Shown piece after piece: positions 37,912 through 46,780 of a DNA stretch of 64,000 bases; position 1 is the stretch's first letter; every line of letters begins with the position of its first letter. The position numbers and the translations under genes were made by a program. Location: the IMG/VR virus record IMGVR_UViG_3300040801_002079, positions 124,001 to 188,000 of that record; one strand, written 5' to 3'. The notes below the pieces were generated by a model that was given only the letters and a program-made list of their open reading frames with translations, was not told the DNA's origin and made no database searches.

Positions 37912-38660
37912 GCTGTTACTCCCGCTTCTTCCAGTGCACAAATCCAAGATTTAACAAAGGCGCTTCTAACAATGTCATCGGGCCTGAACGTAACTTGGTC
38001 AAACCCTTCCATACGTTCAACAACATTTAGAAACTCTCTCATACCAGACTGATCATTCTTTTTACGATAAAGATCGGTCTGAATCTGATCACCAATTATG
38101 ATTAACTTGGAATTTGCACCAACTCTGGTTATGACTGAGTTAATTTCATAGAAAGTCATATTTTGAACTTCGTCAATTATTATAACAGCGTCATCCCATG
38201 TTAGACCTCTTACAAATGATGTAGGAACAAACTTGACAATTTTTTGTTTCTTCATTTTTTCGTATGCGGTTGGTCTGCCGAATAGGTCAGAGAATATGTC
38301 ATTATATGGGGTCTCGTAGACCTCCATTTTTTCAGCGTCATCACCGGGGAGGAATCCTATGTCCCTAGAGGCTACTGCGCTTCGGACAATTATCATGTTG
38401 TCCTGTTTTGATTTCTTTGATAGGACATCTGTTAATCCCAGATAAATTGCTGCGTAGGTTTTTCCTGTTCCTGCTGAGCCGTTTGCTAAAATGTTATTAC
38501 CGTAAAAGTAAGATTCAAACATTTGGTGTTGAGGGGTGTTTATTGGTTTTATTGATTTTAAATCATTTATTGTTAGGCGTTTTGATTCTTTGAAATCTTG
38601 AAGTGCCTGTACGTCATTTTCTATAACTTTCATAGTGCATCGCTTTGACTTTCTACTCAT
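37908..38660 (-). CDS. phoH: PhoH family ATPase
   Basis: GSAGTGKT, GFLPG, RGLTW, IIDEVQN, IGDQIQTD, DIVRS. Confidence 0.95.
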   Translation of the reverse strand: MSRKSKRCTMKVIENDVQALQDFKESKRLTINDLKSIKPINTPQHQMFESYFYGNNILANGSAGTGKTYAAIYLGLTDVLSKKSKQDNMIIVRSAVASRDIGFLPGDDAEKMEVYETPYNDIFSDLFGRPTAYEKMKKQKIVKFVPTSFVRGLTWDDAVIIIDEVQNMTFYEINSVITRVGANSKLIIIGDQIQTDLYRKKNDQSGMREFLNVVERMEGFDQVTFRPDDIVRSAFVKSWICALEEAGVTA

Positions 38661-38754
38661 GTTTAAGTATTTCCTTTAGTAGTTGGTTTAAAAATAAAAG
38701 TGCTTAAAGTGTTACTTTGGACTAAACATGTTTCGATATCCTACCTCCTTTAGA

Positions 38755-38872
38755 TAAAAAAATGGGATGAGTCATGTACGGCATCATTCTAAACTAAATA
38801 TGTTGTAAATGATTTTGTAATGTTGACTACATCCCATCGGTTGTTTTTGTTCATATCTTATGATATATTTAT
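38755..38872 (-). promoter_or_regulatory. phoH leader: late promoter plus long-range stem ending in a U run
   Basis: ATAAATA (-) 38866-38872; 38762-38774 pairs with 38824-38837; T run on - at 38755-38762. Confidence 0.45.
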
Positions 38873-38898
38873 AGTTAACTTTGGAGTAATTTTAAAAA

Positions 38899-39102
38899 AT
38901 GACACAAGTATATGTTTATAATGGAAAAGAAGTTTTTTTAACGGGAAGAACTGCTAAAAAGAGTAGCAGAAGAGGCGACAAAGTATTGCATGAGATTCTT
39001 CCTAAGAGGTATATGAACAAAGAAATTGACTCATTTATTGAATCCGATTGGGTGTTTTTAAAGGACCTCTATGCTATAGTCGAAAATTCAGAAGATAAAT
39101 AA
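38899..39102 (+). CDS. hypothetical protein
   Basis: VYVYNGKEVFLTGRTAKK pattern; GGAG SD. Confidence 0.6.
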   Translation: MTQVYVYNGKEVFLTGRTAKKSSRRGDKVLHEILPKRYMNKEIDSFIESDWVFLKDLYAIVENSEDK

Positions 39103-39122
39103 GCTTAAACGAGGTTAATATA

Positions 39123-39455
39123 ATGAAAACAATAAACGAAAGAGCCGATATTATATCAAACACTTTTCAGAATAAAGCACTTAGCTTTCTTAAAGGAATG
39201 GAAGAACGAATGGGGAATGATTTGATTTATTCTCTAGCTCTTGAAGCTGGAAATGTTTTTCTCTGCGTTGCTGCACACCCATCAATGACACCAAAACGCT
39301 GGGACACAGAGCGGGAACGTATTCTGTTCTTAATTGATGAAGAGGAATATGGAATGGATCAAGATGAACTTATTGAGGTTCTCTCTGAGCGCCTAGAAGA
39401 TCATATGTATTATGTCACTGCGGGACCCGAAGAAAATGAAACTGAGACATCTTAA
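39123..39455 (+). CDS. hypothetical protein
   Basis: late promoter 39095-39101, GAGG SD. Confidence 0.65.
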   Translation: MKTINERADIISNTFQNKALSFLKGMEERMGNDLIYSLALEAGNVFLCVAAHPSMTPKRWDTERERILFLIDEEEYGMDQDELIEVLSERLEDHMYYVTAGPEENETETS

Positions 39456-40029
39456 GCCCGTACCACAAACCGACTATGATCCGCGTGATCCAATTGGAAC
39501 AGTGTATACATTTAGACATCCCGATGGTATGCGTGGCACCGTAACTGTATTAGAAAAAATTGAAGATGAAGCCTCAGGGGTATTTGTCGGAGTGAAGTTT
39601 TCCGAGGAAACCAATGATGCCATAATGAATTTTATTGAATCTCAGGATATCCCAAATCCTGTAACAAAAGATAAACTACATTGTACTGTTATGTACACAT
39701 ATAGTGATGCCCCTGATTTAATTGAAGAAAGTAGACCCCCTCTTATCCCCGCATGGAATGCTACACCGGATAAATTTGAAATATTTGAAACACAGGATGA
39801 TAATAATTGCTTGGTTTTAAGAATAAAATGTGATGAACTAACCGAAAGGCATGAGAAAATCATAGCGGATTACGGAGTTGTTTATACGCACGAGGAATAC
39901 AAGCCACATATAACATTATCATATGATTGTGGAGATTTCGATATTTCAACGTTGGACAAAGATGCGTTACCTGATGAAATCCTTATAACAGAGGAGTATG
40001 CATCATCGATTGATCCAGACTGGGTATAG
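39436..40029 (+). CDS. acb1: Anti-CBASS nuclease Acb1 / T4 gp57B-like 2H phosphoesterase with N-terminal extension
   Basis: VGVKFSEET...IPNPV...KLHCTVMY...YKPHITLSY...EEY...DPDW follows T4 gp57B along its length. Confidence 0.85.
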   Translation: MKLRHLKPVPQTDYDPRDPIGTVYTFRHPDGMRGTVTVLEKIEDEASGVFVGVKFSEETNDAIMNFIESQDIPNPVTKDKLHCTVMYTYSDAPDLIEESRPPLIPAWNATPDKFEIFETQDDNNCLVLRIKCDELTERHEKIIADYGVVYTHEEYKPHITLSYDCGDFDISTLDKDALPDEILITEEYASSIDPDWV

Positions 40030-40031
40030 TG

Positions 40032-40038
40032 ATAAATA
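40032..40038 (+). promoter_or_regulatory. T4-type late promoter driving the tmRNA
   Basis: ATAAATA just after the acb1 stop and before the acceptor piece. Confidence 0.7.
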
Positions 40039-40043
40039 AGTAT

Positions 40044-40328
40044 AACATTGTACGATCCATTTAAGGATTTATTGTGGACGGCGGTTCGATTCCGCCCATT
40101 TCCACCAAAAGCATACCTAATGGGTATATTTTATGATGGGAATGCACTGGTTTCGACATGGTAAGTTGGTAAATGAGGACAATGCGGCAACCGTGAAAGT
40201 CGTTAGGGTAAAACCAAAGAAGCAAAAAACTAAATGCAAACGATAGCATATATGATCAGGCCCTTGCCGCTTGATCGTGGGTTTAGCCAACCTTGAACCA
40301 GAACGGGTTAGGGGGGAGTAATCCCCCC
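40044..40328 (+). ncRNA. ssrA: Circularly permuted (two-piece) tmRNA; tag ANDSIYDQALAA
   Basis: acceptor piece with T arm and CATTTCC-A-CCA ends at 40107; coding piece starts GGGAATG at 40138 (G3:U70, A73); tag frame 40236-40274; terminator 40311-40328; late promoter 40032-40038. Confidence 0.9.
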
Positions 40329-40351
40329 GAATTTTATCAAAAGGGACTTCT

Positions 40352-41107
40352 ATGAATCACGCAAAAAATGATGAGACTTACAACGATAACAATAATAACA
40401 ATGAACAGCCTCTTTTTCCATTTTTACCTAACAGGGAACAAATAAGGTCCTTTAAAAGAACCATCCCAGTAGCGGTCTATGACTTCTACATTACTGATGA
40501 AATAAAAGAACCAGATGTGTACATGGAGTTAATTCAAACTCTTAAAAGTGCTGATCCTCAGGATACAATTTTCATCTATTTAAATACTCCGGGCGGGAGC
40601 CTCTATACTACCATTCAGATAATGTCGGCAATCACTAGCTCACAGGCAAAGGTCATAACATGCCTTGAAGGGCAGGCATGTTCTGCTGGAACATTCATTT
40701 TCTTAGCGGGAGACACTAAAATAGTTAATCCCCACTGTACGTTCATGGTTCATAATTATAGCCAAGGAGCAAGTGGTAAGGGTAACGAAATTGTATCCCA
40801 TGTTAATTACATGGATCGATATTTTAAAAGACTAGCTGAAGATGTATACACTGAGTTTTTAACCAAAACTGAGTTGGAATCCGTTATTAAGGGTGATGAC
40901 ATGTGGATGGATTCACACGAACTGGTGAAAAGATTAGATGCCAACAACCATGACTACATCTACACGGGCCAAGATTTGGATGAAATATTAGGCAGAGACC
41001 CTGATGAGATTTCAGATGAAATGGAAGATGCTTCTAAGCCCAAACAAAGGGCAAAAAAGAAAGTAACTAAGAAAAAAGCTTCGAGGAAAAAAACCGCGTC
41101 TGATTAA
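40352..41107 (+). CDS. clpP: ClpP-like serine protease with Lys-rich C-terminal tail
   Basis: YLNTPGGS, ACSAG (Ser), FMVHN (His), DMWMDSHE. Confidence 0.9.
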   Translation: MNHAKNDETYNDNNNNNEQPLFPFLPNREQIRSFKRTIPVAVYDFYITDEIKEPDVYMELIQTLKSADPQDTIFIYLNTPGGSLYTTIQIMSAITSSQAKVITCLEGQACSAGTFIFLAGDTKIVNPHCTFMVHNYSQGASGKGNEIVSHVNYMDRYFKRLAEDVYTEFLTKTELESVIKGDDMWMDSHELVKRLDANNHDYIYTGQDLDEILGRDPDEISDEMEDASKPKQRAKKKVTKKKASRKKTASD

Positions 41108-41145
41108 TATTGACCCACCCATCTTCAATGTGATATAATTTCAAA

Positions 41146-42156
41146 ATGAATTATGAGTGCATTGAAGATGTAGTCAGAGAGCATGTTGCATTTAAAAATG
41201 TGTCAGCATCTGGCTGGAACCAAGCATATTGTGAATATTGTGGCGATGGCGGGAGAACCAAGGGTCCCCGTGGTAATTGGCTATTTGATGGTGATATGCT
41301 ATTCTTCAATTGCTATAATTGTGGAACCAAAGCAAATTTTGATCCTCACAGGGAGATACCATTTAGTAAGCACATGCATGGTGTCTTCAAGGCTCACGGA
41401 ATCCCATTAAAGTTCTGTTATGCGTTAATCCCCAAAGATGCTAATGCCGAAACTAGGGAAGTTAAGCCTCAAAAACTTAAATTTGATTCATTTGAATTAC
41501 CGGATCATTTTTATAAACTATCAAGTGCAGCAATGGATGACAAAAAAGCAATCATTGCTCGTGAACATTTAATAAACAAACGTAAAATTGATCCGGACGA
41601 TTTCCCGTTTTATCTATCAAGCGGAGTTACACAATCATCTAGCCCTAAAGATATAAGTTTGGCTAAGACATTTCAGCAAAGACTTATAATTCCATCATAT
41701 GTCAATGATACATTAATTGGGTATGAGGGAATGGCCCTATATCCAAATAAAAACAAATATATAACAATTGGTTCTAATTTGGTACACGGCTATTCTAATA
41801 TTTTCAGGGAAGAGGGGCATGTGCCACTGTTTGTAACTGAAGGATTTTTTGATTCATATCATGTAAATGGAGTCGCATTGTGTACAAACTCCTTAAGTAA
41901 TAAGCATATAGAGCTTCTGGAAAAGACATCTAGGCCCAAGGTTGTTATACCGGATAGGAAGAATACACATAACGCTTTAGCTGAAGAGGCACTTAATCTT
42001 GGATGGGGCGTGTCGCTACCCGAAATAAAGCCATATAAGGATATTTCAGAGGCAATTGAGCACTATGGTGTATTTTTCGTATTAAATTCGGTTATGAAAT
42101 CCATAAAATACGGGGATAGTGGAAAAATTTATTTAAAAATATATAATGTTGCATAA
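41146..42156 (+). CDS. DNA primase (T4 gp61-like)
   Basis: zinc ribbon CEYC...CYNC; TOPRIM FVTEGFFDS, VVIPDR, KDISE; TTGACC-17-TATAAT promoter upstream. Confidence 0.85.
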   Translation: MNYECIEDVVREHVAFKNVSASGWNQAYCEYCGDGGRTKGPRGNWLFDGDMLFFNCYNCGTKANFDPHREIPFSKHMHGVFKAHGIPLKFCYALIPKDANAETREVKPQKLKFDSFELPDHFYKLSSAAMDDKKAIIAREHLINKRKIDPDDFPFYLSSGVTQSSSPKDISLAKTFQQRLIIPSYVNDTLIGYEGMALYPNKNKYITIGSNLVHGYSNIFREEGHVPLFVTEGFFDSYHVNGVALCTNSLSNKHIELLEKTSRPKVVIPDRKNTHNALAEEALNLGWGVSLPEIKPYKDISEAIEHYGVFFVLNSVMKSIKYGDSGKIYLKIYNVA

Positions 42157-42181
42157 ATAAGTTTGTAAATCTCATTTTTTT

Positions 42182-42373
42182 ATGGAGTATAATATGGATC
42201 ACATGGAAGTTGTTGACACCCAAGAAAAAGCAATCGAAGCTGCTGCTAGAGAGCTTTTTAAACTGACCATTTTAGCCGAAGAAGAGCGTATCTCTAAAAT
42301 TGAGATTAATAACAGCGCTGATTTTTCATTTAGACGCGAATATTTTCAAAAGGCTATACAAAATTTGTTATAA
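42182..42373 (+). CDS. hypothetical protein
   Basis: late promoter 42153-42159. Confidence 0.55.
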   Translation: MEYNMDHMEVVDTQEKAIEAAARELFKLTILAEEERISKIEINNSADFSFRREYFQKAIQNLL

Positions 42374-42568
42374 ATGCACTCGAAGGCGTACAAGTTTTCA
42401 AAAAAATCTTCTGTTGACTTTATAGTTGAGTTCCGCACATCGGATAATCCCCATAATTTTTTTCGCAAATACAACATTGTTTATAATAATGATGGGTCAG
42501 TATACGATTTGGACTTGAAACAATCATTCAAATGCATATATAATTGGGCTGAAGCTATAGCTGTATAA
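42374..42568 (+). CDS. hypothetical protein
   Basis: ATG abuts the upstream stop. Confidence 0.55.
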   Translation: MHSKAYKFSKKSSVDFIVEFRTSDNPHNFFRKYNIVYNNDGSVYDLDLKQSFKCIYNWAEAIAV

Positions 42569-42580
42569 TTGTGAGGAACA

Positions 42581-42913
42581 ATGAAAAAAGAAAACGCATT
42601 AGAAAGTGTATCTATCGACAAGCCCTATATAAATGGGTTGATTGAAATATATGGGGTTATCGGCGCAATTCATGCAATGAGAGAAAGGTTTACCGGGGAT
42701 ATGAATGAAAAAATACCCGATAGATTTTTAAGAATAATGGTATGGCAATTAACACACTCCATTGAGGGGCTTGAGGAAGAGGCTAATATGACCTTTGAAA
42801 GTATTGCAGATATTGCTCACTTTGGTCAAGTCACTGAAATCTATACGTTGCGCACAATGTGCAACCATATTTTGGGTGGAGCCGACAATCTAAAAGAATA
42901 TGTGAAATCTTAG
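42581..42913 (+). CDS. hypothetical protein
   Basis: GAGG SD; 110 aa. Confidence 0.6.
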   Translation: MKKENALESVSIDKPYINGLIEIYGVIGAIHAMRERFTGDMNEKIPDRFLRIMVWQLTHSIEGLEEEANMTFESIADIAHFGQVTEIYTLRTMCNHILGGADNLKEYVKS

Positions 42914-42957
42914 TTTAAAGTTCTAATAAATACCTAAAACAAAGGTCACATATTTAA

Positions 42958-44547
42958 ATGAAATTAGAATTTAGACAGGGCTTAGTCCAAATACAATCTA
43001 CACCACCATTTATAACTACATCGGGCGGCAGTGTAAGTCTAAATTCGTCTGTAACCGATAATATTGTAACATTTGCACACGGTGAAGATAATTACCTTTT
43101 TATAGAATCTAATGATCTTCCCGGTGCATGGACGGGTCCATTCGGGGCTGGAACAACGTGGCTCTATTGGAATCTGGATATAGAGACTGGAGTAAGAACC
43201 TTCGGAAGTACCACTCTTGACCCAACTGGATATGGAGATGATATGCCATCCAGTCCAGTAATGGGTGAAATGTTCTTTTCAACATTAGAAAATAAAATGA
43301 AGGAATGGAATGGTTATAAATGGGTAACCGTTCTGCGTGTACTTGCAGGGGAAATAACTGGGGGAACATTAACGCCATATAGCGAAGGATCACAAATCTC
43401 AGATGATTTTCAAGCATATGCAGGATATTTGCTTTTTGATGAAAATGGAAATCCATTTAAAGAATCTGATCCATTTAATCGTGGTCATTTTGTACATACT
43501 GAGACAAGGCTTAAAGCACAAAATACACCACTCAATCAATACGAGCAAAGAAATACCGAATATTCATATACATCGGATACATCAATACCTGAGGGTTATT
43601 GTGTAGCACTGATAGAAGACAAAACTCTAACCGTTGCATCATATAGAAAGCCTGAAAGACCATGTATTGGAATATCATTAATGGACTTATATGCTGGTGA
43701 TATGGGCAGGTATGTGACGGAGGGGGTGCTGACCTTTGAGGGCTGGAATTTTGATTCCGTACCTAATACCCCTGTTTGGGTTGGACCAAATGGAGAAGTT
43801 ACCACCACTGTACCAACCGAAACTTCAATTCAGAGGTTAGGGTTTGTGGTTTCAAAAAACAGTATACTATTGGATATAAGAGAGCCGGTTTTACTAGACC
43901 CATCTTATAAGGACTGCTTTGTTCCATCACCAACTCCAACTCCAACTCCAACTGTTACACCAACCATTACTGCAACCGTTACACCCACGGCGACAGTTAC
44001 ACCAACTGTTACAGCTACGGCATCTGTTACACCAACTGTTACCCCAACTACTACAGTTGATCCAACAGTAACACCAACTGTTACAGCCGCTATTACACCA
44101 ACACCAACAGTAACACCAACAGTTACCCCAACTATGACGGTAACGCCTGAAGTTAGCCCATCACCAACAACAACTCCTGCTCCATCTGCTGAGGCCACAC
44201 CAACCCCAACTGTTACTTCAGGATTAACTCCAACTGTTACTCCAACTTCTACAGTTACACCAACAATTACTTCAACTGCGGAAGTAACACCAACCCCAAC
44301 AGCTACGACTGGTCTAACACCAACAGTTACACCAGAGGTTACACCAACGAATACGGTAACACCTCCCGTTACACCAACAGTTACTCCATCTTTATCTGTT
44401 GGGGCATCCCCCACACCTACTCCAACGGTTACACCAACGAACACGGCAACAACTACACCTACCCCAACAGTTACGCCGACAATGACAGTAACCCCAACTC
44501 CTTCCCCATTAAGCGGATTGAAGACACTCTTTATTGACTGGACATAA
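42958..44547 (+). CDS. Virion fibre/decoration protein with about 190-aa TPTV mucin-like stalk
   Basis: late promoter 42926-42932; C-terminal third is nearly pure T/P/V/A/S. Confidence 0.8.
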   Translation: MKLEFRQGLVQIQSTPPFITTSGGSVSLNSSVTDNIVTFAHGEDNYLFIESNDLPGAWTGPFGAGTTWLYWNLDIETGVRTFGSTTLDPTGYGDDMPSSPVMGEMFFSTLENKMKEWNGYKWVTVLRVLAGEITGGTLTPYSEGSQISDDFQAYAGYLLFDENGNPFKESDPFNRGHFVHTETRLKAQNTPLNQYEQRNTEYSYTSDTSIPEGYCVALIEDKTLTVASYRKPERPCIGISLMDLYAGDMGRYVTEGVLTFEGWNFDSVPNTPVWVGPNGEVTTTVPTETSIQRLGFVVSKNSILLDIREPVLLDPSYKDCFVPSPTPTPTPTVTPTITATVTPTATVTPTVTATASVTPTVTPTTTVDPTVTPTVTAAITPTPTVTPTVTPTMTVTPEVSPSPTTTPAPSAEATPTPTVTSGLTPTVTPTSTVTPTITSTAEVTPTPTATTGLTPTVTPEVTPTNTVTPPVTPTVTPSLSVGASPTPTPTVTPTNTATTTPTPTVTPTMTVTPTPSPLSGLKTLFIDWT

Positions 44548-44550
44548 GAC

Positions 44551-45933
44551 ATGGAAATTACTAGCAATATTAAAAACAAAATAGAAGAAATTTATAAAGA
44601 TTCTAATTATAATGTTAGAACCGTTAGCTTAGGACGCAAAAAGGTTGGAGATGAAAAAACGGATGAAATTGCCATTGTCATTCGAGTAGAAAAGAAAAAA
44701 CCTTTAAGTGAATTGAGCGCAGACGAAATTGTTCCAAAAACAATAACTATAGATGGACAAGATTTTAAGACTGATGTTATCGAAGACCCTAGTGAAATTA
44801 CAGCAATAGCCTGCTTTACTTCAACTGATCCTGACGTTTTAAAGTTGCAGGGTGACCCAGCGCTTCTTACTCCTCTTAAGGGTGGACAAGAACTTACACA
44901 ATTCCCAACAGGGTGGACAGACTTTGGTGGCGGAAGCTATGGATTCACTGTGGGAACATTGGGATTCATCGGAGTAGATGACATTGATGGAAAAATTGTC
45001 GGTGTGACCAATAATCATGTAGTAATTGGGAACGGAGATATAAATGGAGACAGGGATATACCGACAGAGGTTGCATCCCCATATAATATTATTGAACCTA
45101 TAGAATGGGTGGTTGATAGCTCATCGTATGCTCCCGGAGCATTACTACGTGATGAAAGTGCCCCCGGAACATTTGTAGATGGCGCACCAAATATCAAGAG
45201 ATATATTCCATTTGATGTAGATGGAACAAACTATGTGGATGTTGCGCTTCTGATTATGGACCCAACGAAGGTTGACAACACATCATATCAAATACACCAA
45301 CCAACAGGGGAGACAGCATATACGGATTATTTGCCATTTGCAAGCACCGCAGAGATCGATAGTTTACTAGCTACTCCCAGAACAATATACAGTACAGGAA
45401 GAACTACGGGACCAAAGGGGTGGGGAGTAAGTGCTTCATGTACATTAGAAATAACAGCATTAGCTGAAACCATTAGTGTTAGTGGGTTATCCGATACAAA
45501 CTTAACCTTTTCAGATGTTGTGCGATTTGAGTTTACTGATGGCAGTAATTATCCAATCGATAGTGGAGATTCTGGATCAGCCGTTGTTGCAGATTTTGAT
45601 GGAACTAGAAAAATAGTAGGGTTAGCATTTGCAGGAAGCCTAACAGCAGGATTCTTCTGTAGAATTGATCGAATAGCTGATGCTATAAAAATACGCCAGT
45701 GGGATGAGCACTATGTTTACGATGATACTGTTCCAGCAGGGGCCACACTTAAAGCTGCACCCATTGAGGATTCATCAGCGGATAGTGTAACTGTTACTCC
45801 TGAATGTAAATATCTATTCCAAGCTGGAACATCAATGACAGATACATATGATGATCTATTAGCTATAACTCCACTAGCGTGTTCAGTTACGCCAACTGTT
45901 ACACCCGAAGTAACACCAACCCCATCTGGTTAG
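44551..45933 (+). CDS. Trypsin-like (S1) serine protease with N-terminal prodomain and TPTV tail
   Basis: GTLG, TNNHV (His), VDVALL (Asp), GDSGS (Ser), VGLAFAG. Confidence 0.85.
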   Translation: MEITSNIKNKIEEIYKDSNYNVRTVSLGRKKVGDEKTDEIAIVIRVEKKKPLSELSADEIVPKTITIDGQDFKTDVIEDPSEITAIACFTSTDPDVLKLQGDPALLTPLKGGQELTQFPTGWTDFGGGSYGFTVGTLGFIGVDDIDGKIVGVTNNHVVIGNGDINGDRDIPTEVASPYNIIEPIEWVVDSSSYAPGALLRDESAPGTFVDGAPNIKRYIPFDVDGTNYVDVALLIMDPTKVDNTSYQIHQPTGETAYTDYLPFASTAEIDSLLATPRTIYSTGRTTGPKGWGVSASCTLEITALAETISVSGLSDTNLTFSDVVRFEFTDGSNYPIDSGDSGSAVVADFDGTRKIVGLAFAGSLTAGFFCRIDRIADAIKIRQWDEHYVYDDTVPAGATLKAAPIEDSSADSVTVTPECKYLFQAGTSMTDTYDDLLAITPLACSVTPTVTPEVTPTPSG

Positions 45934-45975
45934 GTGTTGACATAACTAAAAATATTTTTTATAAATAATAGCATA

Positions 45976-46419
45976 ATGAAAAAAATAAGTAAAAAATATC
46001 CCTTAATTGTTGAATCACACCCCGATGATTATAATGGATACGAGTTCATAACTCTAATTCGCTATAATGATATCAACCATTTGACCATTGTTGATAATAC
46101 GGATAAGAAATTCATTAACTGCTATGTGCTGGACCTGTGTAAAACGGTTAATCTAGAAGAAGAAAGAATAATAGATGTTACTCAAGAATGGTACAACACA
46201 TCTAAAGATGCATATCCAATATCAATAGAGTTCTCCAAGCTTGGAATGACAGATGATGTGTCTAAGATTTTAAGAAGCTTCTCCATCGATTTTGTTACAC
46301 GAGTTATCGGACCTCTTCCACATTTCAGTATGAAAGGTGTAACTAAAGTTAGAAAGAGAAAGCGTAAAGATGTGCCTGAGGGAATTCGTATTGTACAAAA
46401 GAAGCTTAAAGATTATTAA
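45976..46419 (+). CDS. conserved jumbo-phage hypothetical protein
   Basis: TATAAATA 45960; basic C-terminus. Confidence 0.65.
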   Translation: MKKISKKYPLIVESHPDDYNGYEFITLIRYNDINHLTIVDNTDKKFINCYVLDLCKTVNLEEERIIDVTQEWYNTSKDAYPISIEFSKLGMTDDVSKILRSFSIDFVTRVIGPLPHFSMKGVTKVRKRKRKDVPEGIRIVQKKLKDY

Positions 46420-46780
46420 GCTTTGATAAAAGTCTGAAGGATTCTTTTACATCCTGATTATTAAACGTCTGAGCAACCCGCTTGGATGCTTCCAGAACTT
46501 CATTTCCCTCTTCCGAAAGCTCTCCTGTTTCATCAACCAAATTATGGTACTCAAGCATCTCCTTACCTCGTGTAGTTAATTCTAAGGCGTTTTCGGTTGA
46601 TCTTAGGGCACCAAGCTTCAATAATGTGTTTCTGGCAACAGAGAGGTTCTCGGAGGCCACAGTGTTCTCATATGCAACCTCTGGTGTGGGAGATACCTGA
46701 ACTATGACCAACACCGCTTTCTGTGTATCATTTAATATAGCAGTGTTAGGATTAATTAATTCTTTAAGTAGTGTTTTCAT
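46406..46780 (-). CDS. Putative head-associated protein
   Basis: MKTLLKEL N-terminus; winged-helix-like LTTRGKEML segment. Confidence 0.55.
   Translation of the reverse strand: MKTLLKELINPNTAILNDTQKAVLVIVQVSPTPEVAYENTVASENLSVARNTLLKLGALRSTENALELTTRGKEMLEYHNLVDETGELSEEGNEVLEASKRVAQTFNNQDVKESFRLLSKLNNL

Noticed and set aside
40061-40249. 62-aa minus-strand ORF
   Set aside because: Antisense to the tmRNA; VEMGGIEPPS is the typical translation of a reverse-complemented T arm.
43905-44579. Antisense VGVTVGV-rich ORFs (also 7377-7670, 19966-20394, 20614-20958, 26090-26371, 52458-52730, 53989-54228)
   Set aside because: Shadow frames of TPTV repeats on the coding strand.
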